Shown one piece after another: positions 26,931 to 37,815 of a stretch of DNA of 64,000 nucleotides (positions within the stretch are counted from its first letter, which is position 1; the number at the start of each line of letters is the position of its first letter). Both the position numbers and the translations under genes were made by a program. Under the pieces are notes generated by a model. It ran no database searches. It saw only the letters and a program-made list of their open reading frames with translations, and had not been told where the DNA came from. The DNA lies in contig NW_004797504.1 in the NCBI RefSeq assembly GCF_000002075.1, forward strand, positions 409,937 to 473,936, given 5' to 3'. The DNA comes from Aplysia californica. Lineage: Eukaryota.

Positions 26931-27432
26931 ATTTTTGCGACCCCGGGCTCAGTAATCTATTAGCCACTGGACTCCCCCCCCCCCCCCCACCCTCATGATA
27001 TAGAAATAACGTATGAGAAACCTGATCCACATTGATTTTTTTTCAGAACTAATCTGGTTCTTCGAAAACGAAAATATCTGTCTTTTCAGTTAAGATGTAT
27101 TTTCATTGCCTCTAAAAATGAATTACTAATACATTTTAGTTACAGAAAAGGAGTTACGATGAATTGAAAATAAAGGGAATCAACCAATTAATAGGGTATT
27201 GAATTCGTGTTCCAATTTTAAAGCAGGGTTGTCCACCTTAGACTACAGGCTAGGCAATTAACTCAAAGTTGGAAACGATTTTATCGGCTTTAAAAAAAAC
27301 AACAACAACAACAAACAACACAAGCCGCGCGAATCAGTCGTGGCATTAGCACGTACATATCTGACCCTATAGAAACAAAGTATGTTTCTGTAAATATGTA
27401 CGTGTTACGATCACTTTTATCAGCTACCTCTG

Positions 27433-27852
27433 TTACTTGGATTTACTTGGATCCAGAGCTAGAATCATAACAGGCGGCACATGTCCATTGCTGCTCATCT
27501 CTCCTTTCCAGCGTCCACCTCAGGGTCTTCCTGCTAATTGTCTCCATGAGGAGCTGGTTTGAGACACGCCTGACCACTCCTCGGAGCAAACTTTTTTTCG
27601 CTGTGCCCCGCACACATGTTCCTTTTATTGTGTTGAGTGTGTGGGAGTCTGACTCCTCTTGCTTGTGAAGGCTCTCCTTGCATCTGGCGATCACCATTGG
27701 TGGGTCGAGCATGATTCGGCCATTGGGTGCTGCTTTGCCGGCAAGTTCATCAGCACGCTCATTTCCGTGCACCCCGGCGTGACCAGGGCAGAACACCCAT
27801 GCAATTCTTAGGAGGTGGCTATTTGCAATGGAAGCTCTCCAGTCACTGTAGA
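27433..27852 (-). mobile_element. 5'-truncated LINE with RNase H C-terminus (I/Ingi/Nimb group)
   Basis: IAWVFCPGHAGVHGNERADELAGKA is the RNase H signature. Short repeat tail (atccaagtaa)2, imperfect flanking duplication agctacc..ctctgt, and an empty paralogous site near 44120. Confidence 0.8.
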
Positions 27853-28981
27853 GCTACCCACTCTGTGAGTCCATGTTAATTAACAGCAACAAACGACATC
27901 GTTAAAAAAGACAATTGTGAGTGATTTAGCGCAGTTCTATTATCTTGTGTCCAACATAATAACCAGACAATTTGGCACACAATATTTCTTCAGATCTTTT
28001 TACCCCCCCCCCCCCCCAATACACTAAGTTTGTGCATAGAGTAGAGCGTTCAGCCCAGGAAGACGATTATAATAATACTAGCTGGCCTCCTTTTGATGAA
28101 AGGAATGATCGGTGCTTTGATATCAACTAAAAGTACTCAACTGGAATGGGCAAATAAATCTTGAGAGATGCAAAAAATTATAAGGTCTATATCTATACTC
28201 TCAAAACAAAATGCACCTCGCGAAATATCATTTCCAGATTTTCTAAAATTACAGAGACAGAAGCGTCGGCCTACAAAAGCGATCGGCGAAATAAAGAAAT
28301 TTAGCTTTTTGCAGCAAAACTGTTTCAAAACTGAAAAAAAAACGAAGGGTGTCATGATCTGGAAATTATTTTAAAGATTTTTTGGCGAAAGCCCGCATGT
28401 CGATCGATGCAGCCATTAAAGAGCCGTTTGAATAGCAAATTTCGGCCACCACAAATAGACCTGATAATAGATTATAGAAAGAGAAGCAGGGAAAACAAAG
28501 GGACATAATCAATAAAATATTTTCTTACAACAATAAAATGCTTATATATTTTATTTTTGAAAATTATTACATCCTGCACAATTTTAATAAAGTGTTGATT
28601 GTATTAAACTGTTGGATTTGTTGTTCTTTTCCCTAATCTTGAAATAACTTGATTTGTATTACGGTTTTCATAAGAAAGTTCTGGTGGCCTTTGAAAGCAA
28701 TATTTTCAAGCACTTTTAATGATTTAAAAAGTGTGTTAGCTTAATGTTTTTTTTATTCACTTCTCATTAAGGCGGAAAAATCCGTAACTTGTCTTGAAAG
28801 CGGAAGTTGAGTCCGCTTGATGAAAGTCCAAAAGTGCATAACTTTCAATACAACGCACGGACTTGTAAGAAAACGGTAGAACTGTAGCAACTCCCAAGCC
28901 CCGGTTATACGTAATGATAAATTGTATCAGATTCATCGCATGAAAGAACTGTCCGTATTATCGAACTGTGTAATCTGTTTA

Positions 28982-29771
28982 AGGCCCGGTTACACGTAAC
29001 GATAAATTGTACAAAAACTAGACGATCTAGCGATCATACGATAAATCGTTAGGTGTAACCACAAAATTGAACCCAATTTGGATGATTGAACGATGGTTTG
29101 GAGACTCGGTCGAGAAATCAAGCGCTGATTGATATTTTCCGTGCATGTGCGACCACGTTCAGATTTGAGGGAGACGCACTGTGATGTAAATTCACTTGGA
29201 AATTTGCCGCCACGCAGAATTCAACTCAAAATTTTAAAAATTACGTAAAAACTGATTCGGAATCAGCGTCTCAAAATAAGCAAAGTTGCTCTCTATTATC
29301 CTTATTTGGTGCATTATTATTTATATTTTAGCAATGTTATTATTCAGTTGATCGTCAATTGTGAAGCTGTGCATCAAGGTCATTCGGTATGTTGCACATC
29401 TGCAGTCAAGTCAAAACTTCCGGTTCTACACACAACACGGTAGGCCTACAGTATGGCTACCCTTTTCTAAAGACACTGTTCTGCTAGGCCTATATCAAAA
29501 TTACAGGGGAAGGGGGGGGGGGCTTCTGTGATCTAGAGGTAGTTTTCGCCTTTCATTCATAAGGTCCAGAGTTCGAAACCTTCACATAGAGAGCAGGCAA
29601 ATCCATGTCGTCGCACAGAGACATGGTGGCTTTATGACGAGGAATCTCCACAATCGATAGAAAACTGGACAATAAATTGGATTGTGTAAACAGACAACAC
29701 AGTTCGATAAAACGGACAGTTCTCTCAAGCGACGAATCTGATACAAGTTATCGTTGCGTGTAACCGGGGCT
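28982..29771. mobile_element. PIF/Harbinger-type non-autonomous element with TTA target duplication, nested in a related copy (28897-28981 + 29772-~29860)
   Basis: tta|AGGCCCGGTTACACGTAACGATAA ... TTATCGTTGCGTGTAACCGGGGCT|tta. Confidence 0.8.
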
Positions 29772-32609
29772 TTACACAAGGTCCAGTCTATCGTCCAGTT
29801 TTCTTTCTATCGGATAGATATTCCTCGTCATAAAGTCCCTTTGCGACGAGAGTGATGTGCTTTCCACTCTAGATCAGTGTGCTGCTGCTCAGTAAAACTT
29901 AGAAAAAGATGCTCATTTGGACATAAGACTGGATTTTAAAGCGAAATATTTTCACCCACACGTCACGGTGTTCATCTCTCATACAATAGGACCCAGGTTC
30001 GAAACTTGATAGCGACGGAAAAATGTTCTTCTCTAAAAATTGCTTCTTTCACCTCCTTTCCTGTTCTCTTGACATGTTCTGTCATCTATTTCTGCTTTCA
30101 TCCCCACTTTCTTTCCTCCCCTACCCTGTACCCCCACCATCCCCCGGCCTTAATGCCCCTCTCTCCTTTACTCCTGACTCCATCTACATGTGCTGCTCTT
30201 CTTGGCTCCTTCTTACTTTTGTATTTACTCTCAGCCACACCCCTGATCTAAGGGTAGGTAAGATCGAACACATATGGGCGGACATTCTGGGAGTCCTATG
30301 TACAAGTTGGGCAAGCTAAAGATCCCTTGGTGGTCCTAAAACCGATAATAGTAGGCATTGGCAGCCACCAGAGAAAAATTCGCCCTTATGCGAGAGGGCT
30401 AGGTGTTCGATCTTACCTCCCTAAGATCACGGGTGTGCCTGAAAGACAGCAGCAAGTAGTCAGAAGTTGAAGTAGAAAGAGTCANNNNNNNNNNNNNNNN
30501 NNNNNNNNNNNNNNNNNNNNNNNNNNNNNNNNNNNNNNNNNNNNNNNNNNNNNNNNNNNNNNNNNNNNNNNNNNNNNNNNNNNNNNNNNNNNNNNNNNNN
30601 NNNNNNNNNNNNNNNNNNNNNNNNNNNNNNNNNNNNNNNNNNNNNNNNNNNNNNNNNNNNNNNNNNNNNNNNNNNAGAAAGAGGAGATGAAAACAGATGA
30701 CGGGTTTTACGTACGGGACTGCTTTTCCTACTTCATTTTGAATTTTACCCCGGTGGCGACCGAAACCCACTCTTATCGATTTTTAGAACTACCAAGGGAC
30801 ATGTTCAACTTGCAGACGGGATTTCCAGGATTCGGTGCCTTAATCAAAGAATCATACTATATCTCATACCTTAAGCTCAGGGATGTGGCTATTAATGAGA
30901 AGTAAGAATACGTCAGGATAAAAGGAAATAAGAGCAGAGAGGGGACCAGGGGCGAATGGACGGAGAGGAAACAGGATGGAGAGAAAGGTAGATAGCAGAA
31001 AATGATCGAAGAATAGGAAAGAAGGAGATGATTTTAGACAAAAATCTGTGTCAATGGCTGACTGGTTTCGATCCCTGAACTCTTCAAATGAAGGGCGCAC
31101 ACAGTAGCCTACCTCTTGAACACGATAGATCGAAAGATGACAAATAGGATTTTTAAAATGCTTTCTTAGCTCTTGTTACCATTATATTGATAATACTGCT
31201 GGCATAATGTCAGCTGAGCGTCAAAGTGACCTAAAACAACTACTCAGAACTACGAATCTGGTTAGATATTTTTTTGTGGAACGAGGTGGCCTTGTTCCGT
31301 TATACAAACAAAATACCAGGACTTGTTTTCATTTTTCATTCGCAACGCAGTGTTGCCGCCTCGAGTAAGATTCTTGTGTGATATCTCTATTCTCCAGGCT
31401 CTATGCTGGTCCCATCTGACATTGATTACCCTGTCAAACAAGTCAGCCTTCGCCCCTGCTTGTGACTGCTTAAAACTGTGACCCGAAAGGGTTAAACAGG
31501 GTATATGTGGCAATGAAACAGTTTTGACTGTAGCACACATGTTCCCTTCAATTCATTTGTTAGACTCTTCCAGCCTCACTGTAAGCTTACTTAATCAAAG
31601 CTTTCGACTACTTATGGAGTGGCACGAGAGGGGTGAGGAGGCTATTTCTGCGGCAGTGAAACCGTTTTGAATGTGAGGTATACTCTTCATTGGTGATTAT
31701 GAGCGTCTTTTTACATCTAATTTATGAGGTTTACGTTTAGGGTGAATGAGGTTCACGTTTAGGGGCAATGTTTCAAAATTAGGAAGGGAATCAGTGATTA
31801 TTAGATTAAATTGTGTATAGACGCTTTGCCACTGACTGCAACGTTTTTGATAAGTTTAGCCTATTTAGTTCTTTGGAGGAAGATATTTCTATACCCCCCC
31901 CCCCCCCCCCACCTTACATTTTCACATTTTTCCGATACAGCACACACAATAAGCTGCTAAAACACATCTGATTGAAAGACGCATTTATTGCTGTGTTTAT
32001 ACATTGTATACGTAGACAACCTTACCAAATGATAACAAATATGCTTGAAAATTNNNNNNNNNNNNNNNNNNNNNNNNNNNNNNNNNNNNNNNNNNNNNNN
32101 NNNNNNNNNNNNNNNNNNNNNNNNNNNNNNNNNNNNNNNNNNNNNNNNNNNNNNNNNNNNNNNNNNNNNNNNNNNNNNNNNNNNNNNNNNNNNNNNNNNN
32201 NNNNNNNNNNNNNNNNNNNNNNNNNNNNNNNNNNNNNNNNNNNNNNNNNNNNNNNNNNNNNNNNNNNNNNNNNNNNNNNNNNNNTGTGTGTTCAGTATTA
32301 TTATGGTCAGCCTGGAAAAAAATTCCAAGATCCATCTTACATACTCATTCTCACTACAGTATAACCCGTTAATTTTCCGAAGAGGACCACATTGTTCGTA
32401 TTGTGTGTCTGAAATTCGTTATCAATCCTAGTTTTGTACGCTTGTTCAAAATATTATTGCTTCTAAAAGCTTTCCGCTTTTCTTTTATGAGATTTTTCAG
32501 CACTTTTGTTACTCGTGGCTTATTATTTGGATAGTATGTACAGGTTTTATATTATTAGTAAGAGTTACTTCACAAAACTTCGTGTAATCACAAATGGTTT
32601 TAGTAAGTT

Positions 32610-32785
32610 TGCCATGGTCCTTGCAGGTGTCTTTGAATCTGTCCCAGTCTGTAGAGTTGAAGCATCCCCATAGCTGCTCGGTCCTGTCGTCTGTCCATGA
32701 TGGTATTGACCAGGTCGTTGGTTTCTTTGTCTTGAGCAGGGGGCGGTACTTGGGGATCAGATGGATGTTATTTTATGATCCGACT
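32610..32785 (-). mobile_element. Rex1/Babar-like LINE fragment (EN-RT linker)
   Basis: SDH.../IHLIPKYRPLLKTKKPTTWSIPSWTDDRTEQLWGCFNSTDWDRF. Confidence 0.7.
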
Positions 32786-33772
32786 CTCCTTGCGGTGGAA
32801 TGGAGCACATTTAACCTTTTTTAGTTTGGTAGGAATTTTGAATTTTACTAAGGTGGCGGCGAAGCCTACTTTCATCGATTTTAGGACCACCAACGGATCT
32901 TGACGTGCGCAACTTGCACACGAGATATCCGAGATTTTCCTGCCCGGGTCTGAGAAGGCTATTTGTAAGATCTTATCTTCCATAAAATCAGGGGTTTTGC
33001 TGAAAGACTGCAGTAAAAAGGAGGAGCCAAGGAGAAACAGTAGAAAGGCGGTAGAAAGAGTCAGGCACCCAGAGGAGAGAGAGAGAGGGGGGGAGTAGGG
33101 GGCAGACAGTGGAGACAGTGGAGACAGAACATTATTTGAGAGCAGGNNNNNNNNNNNNNNNNNNNNNNNNNNNNNNNNNNNNNNNNNNNNNNNNNNNNNN
33201 NNNNNNNNNNNNNNNNNNNNNNNNNNNNNNNNNNNNNNNNNNNNNNNNNNNNNNNNNNNNNNNNNNNNNNNNNNNNNNNNNNNNNNNNNNNNNNNNNNNN
33301 NNNNNNNNNNNNNNNNNNNNNNNNNNNNNNNNNNNNNNNNNNNNNNNNNNNNNNNNNNNNNNNNNNNNNNNNNNNNNNNNNNNNNNNNNNNNNNNNNNNN
33401 NNNNNNNNNNNNNNNNNTTCTCTGTGTTTTAATGAAATGCAATACATGTATACGATGTTGATGTAACCTCTAACAATTATTTATTCAGCCGTTGTGCTCA
33501 CTTTAGTAACCCGCGATGGGTCAAAAACCAGTTGATTTATTTGCGACTTTGAATAAAATTCGGATGTTTGTGTCCCATAAACATTATTGACAATGTTTTA
33601 TTTCCCAGACTCTTCAGATTATAATATGTCTAACACAAGACATCTTTCTCCTTTTAGTTTCAGATTTTGTTACTGCCGAAGGTAAAACTAAGATGACCCA
33701 TCCCACAACCACTATGTGTGCCCCTCCTCGCCATCCTACCCTTTTGTCCTCTCCCCACCCCCACCACCAAAT

Positions 33773-34209
33773 GTGAGGCAGCGTGGTTGAATCAGGTTCT
33801 CGTCAATTTTTGGGCATGTAGAGTTATTGGTATCATCTTAAAGCTTGTTCACTTGTCTTTATTTCAATGCAAAAAATATCCATTTATCTTGAATACAAGT
33901 CGAGATATTTGCGAATGAAGAAGGTCGGGGTCACCTGTTTTCAGGGGTAATATTAATGAGAAAATGGCCGTCAACGATTAGTTATTTCCTTAGCTTAAGA
34001 GTCCGTGGTAACTGAAAATTTACATTTTTTTTGTCCCTTTAATAAACGTTTTTCAGAAAAATTTCCACAGAAATGAGTTCTTTAATGGACATGAAAGGTG
34101 TTAAGCCAAAAAACAAAAATTTGGTAAAAATTCATAAACCTGCGGACAAATGCAGGTTTCTTCACTTTGATTATTTTGACGAGAGCCTGATTCCACCACG
34201 CTGCCTCAC
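33773..34209 (+). mobile_element. MITE family A copy, AAAT target duplication
   Basis: aaat|GTGAGGCAGCGTGG ... CCACGCTGCCTCAC|aaat. Confidence 0.9.
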
Positions 34210-34814
34210 AAATCATAATCCTCCTTCCCCACACAACATATTAATTAACAGCAAAAAAACCCCAAAAACCGACATCGACAGAAAAGACAACATAAGAACA
34301 TGAGTGATTTAGTGCAGTTTTATTTTCTTCTGTCCAACACATACACAATTTCACACACAATGCCTCTTCTGATCTTTTTTTTTCATTCCCCCCTCCATCT
34401 CCTGCTGTTCAAATCCCTAGCCGATAAATGCCATATAACTTCATATCAAATTAACCCGTTAATGTCTTTCTTTTAAGTTGAAGAGAGCCACTATTAATTT
34501 GGTTCTAACAAAAAACAAAGTAAAATAGNNNNNNNNNNNNNNNNNNNNNNNNNNNNNNNNNNNNNNNNNNNNNNNNNNNNNNNNNNNNNNNNNNNNNNNN
34601 NNNNNNNNNNNNNNNNNNNNNNNNNNNNNNNNNNNNNNNNNNNNNNNNNNNNNNNNNNNNNNNNNNNNNNNNNNNNNNNNNNNNNNNNNNNNNNNNNNNN
34701 NNNNNNNNNNNNNNNNNNNNNNNNNNNNNNNNNNNNNNNNNNNNNNNNNNNNNNNNNNNNNNNNNNNNNNNNNNNNNNNNNNNNNNNNNNNNNNNNNNNN
34801 NNNNNNNNNNNNNN

Positions 34815-34845
<31 letters not shown>

Positions 34846-35099
34846 GGCTACGACGGCGGCTTCGGCTTCGGCTACTATTTTGAAGAAGAAGAAGAAGAAG
34901 AACAAGTACAAGAACAAGAACAAGAACAAGAACAAGAAGAACAAAAAGAACGAGAAGAAGAAGAAGAACAAGAAGAAAAAATGAGATAATTTTAGAGAAG
35001 AAAAAGTTTCAAAGGCTGACTGGTTTCGATCCTTGAACTCTTCAAATGAAAGGCGAACATCGTACCTCTTGAATACGATAGATCGAGATTTGGCAAATA

Positions 35100-35290
35100 T
35101 GATTTTGTGTATGCTGTCTTAATTCTTTTGACCATTATATTGATAATACTGCTGACACAATGTCAGCTGAGTGTCAAAGTGACCTCATAAAAACGAATCA
35201 GAACCGCGAACAGATTAGACATTTTTTTTCGTGGAACGAGGGCGCCATGTTTCGTTATACAAACAAAAATACCGTGGTCGACTTTGCGCC
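35100..35290 (+). promoter_or_regulatory. Putative proximal promoter block of g3, with homologs at ~31140-31320, ~46430-46550 and ~62450-62530(-)
   Basis: Duplicated block containing CAGCTGAGTGTCAAAGTGACCT followed by cataaaaa/tataaaaa, immediately upstream of the non-coding exon. Function is inferred from position only. Confidence 0.4.
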
Positions 35291-35324
35291 CTGAAGGTTT
35301 AAAACCCCCCCAACAATTCTTGTT

Positions 35325-35408
35325 AATTTGTCGGCTCGCGCTGTTCTCCTGTGCACACGCCACATGAAATTAAAGACCAGTCGAACTGACGATTGCACAA
35401 GTGTGAAG
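35325..35408 (+). other. Putative 5' non-coding exon of g3 (start approximate)
   Basis: Ends in a consensus donor AAG|GTAAGT (intron from 35409). Homologous blocks precede g2, g4 and g5. Acceptors (ttttag, ttttcag) lie just before the ATG. Confidence 0.6.
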
Positions 35409-37815
35409 GTAAGTCACACAATCAACAGGTACTCGTACTACTCAGAAATAACTAAATCTTTATAAGTGACAGTGACTATACAACTTTTATATGATGCGTG
35501 TTTTCATGAATTTGATCATTGTACAGAAGATGCTGAGTCAGTAACATTACTAAGAGCAGGGATGTGTTGGCGTACTTTTGTTTAATGTTTGATTTTTCGT
35601 CATTACTGTATTGTGCTCTACTTTGTCTACCCTGTTGTTCATTTGGACCCGTGATGAATTTAGGACTTACAAGAAATTGCCAAAGCCACTAAATAATAAC
35701 ATTGTAGTTGTCTCAATGCTGATTTATTTTTCCTCTATTGTGGGTTCCCTTGATTGAACTGTCGCTAAAGAAAAGTCCGTTTAATTTTGCTACCATGATG
35801 CTATACCTTACCATTGTACTGGAAAACCATCTTTTTTATAAAGTAAAAGTTTTACGGCACTTTCAACACAATAAGGTTATATGAGTGCCGAAGATTAGAG
35901 CAGGTGTTACAATAGAGTAACAAACATAAAAAAGAAGGAGGAGATTTCAGGACGAAATATATTTGATAGGAAAGAAGGAGCAAACAACACCAGAGTACAC
36001 CTACAAACCATTTTTAAAGTTGTGAAAATACAATTTTCTGGCTATATCCACCTTTAGGTAACCGGAGGAAAAATTTACCTCTTGGCTAGTGTTACAGAAA
36101 CAATCAGCATGGTGTTGTCGATTGTTGGGCATGGTTTTTGTCTAAAGAGAATATAAAGCTATACATCTTTGCAAGCAAATCCATTGACGTTTTTCATAAC
36201 TAGAGATAGTTCAGATAGTGTAAGAAATCATAGTGCCCACTTTTAATGACTAGTGGGTTTACTAATTTAGTGGAATTTAAACTATTATTTTTCAAAATAT
36301 ATTCATGATCTCTCTTCTTCCTGATGTATTTTTTTGTGTTTGTTTTTTTTTTCTTGGAAGGGGGAAAGGGGGGGGGGTACTAATTCAACGTTCAAAACAT
36401 ACACACTTTATTATATGAAATGTATTATTCATTTTTATTCCTGATCATGCTGCAATAGATCATTACAAAACCCTGTCCATGGTACTGTGGGTAGGCTTTG
36501 AACTAAGATCCCAGATTGTAAAGGCGAGGACAAAATGTTTTAACCGACGTAGGACTGAACATAGCGTGGTACAAGTGTTTTTGTTGTTTTTTTATTTTTT
36601 GTGTTGTTGGTTTTTTTTTCTATTGGTTTACGTAAAACACACAAGGTGGGCCATGTTTATACCCCAACATCAAACCAACACTTCCAACCAAGTCCGATAA
36701 GGTACATTGATGTTGATGTTGGTGAGGTGTATAGGGCGATATAAACACATCTACACAAGAACTAGAGTTAAGGACTGAAAAGGTAAGGGAAATGGAGGAA
36801 CAGCAGGGGGGGGGGGGGCGGAAATAGACTTACTTTTAACACCTACCAACCATCTACTCCCCAAAACATGAGAGATTGAACTGTTACTCGCGTTTTAATG
36901 TAAGGAAAGATTATGCAAAAATTGAGCTCATTATTAATTTGCCATATTCGTGCAACGTTTGTTGTTATACCTGTTTTAGCGTAACTGAAGGTAATAGATA
37001 GATGTTTGAATGGACAGAACTATTATTACTGGGAAACCTTGATGAACACTATGTGAAAGTTGTTTTTCTTTCACATGATTTTACGAATTACGTAGACTGT
37101 CCCATTTCGTAAGATTTTAGTTCTTAAATTACTAAGGCATCCACATTTTTCGTCTAATAGGGTTAAAATTTTGCATGGTGCCTTCACAACCATATTGCAA
37201 CTTTTTTTTAACATGTAGTAGTAGTATTAGTAGATTCGCAAGTGCATAAGGTCATATCATACATAATATAAGGTTAGCCTATTTATTTTTTTGGAGGAAT
37301 ATATTTTTATAACACTCCCCCTAATATGTTCACATTTTTCCGATACAGCACACAAAATAGGCTGCTAAAACACAACTGATTGAAATATGCTTTTTTTTGT
37401 TTACAAAAGTTTTATATTGTAGTTGTTGACGATTTACCAAATAATAAAAAATTTGCTAGGAAAAACTAAAAAACAAAACTAGGATTTTTTCAGTGTCCTA
37501 AATTTTGAGGTAAACGTTATATAATATTAAACCACTCAGTTGTCGATGAATGATAATTCCGTCACTTTCAAACATCTAACCATTTCTTATTAACATGCTG
37601 AACACAATGATAATACAAAACAATGTATTGAGATTCTAAAGAGACAGAAATTTAAGTCACGCATTTTCTTCGTAACTGGTTGATATAAATCAATCGATTT
37701 TTTTGCCCATTTTAATTTTTTTTTTCAGGACGTGTTTGTTTCGCCTATTTTAAAGCACGTTTGGTTCTTCTCTTTTTAGACGCAGCTTCATCGTTTCTCA
37801 CTTATTTTCAGCAAT

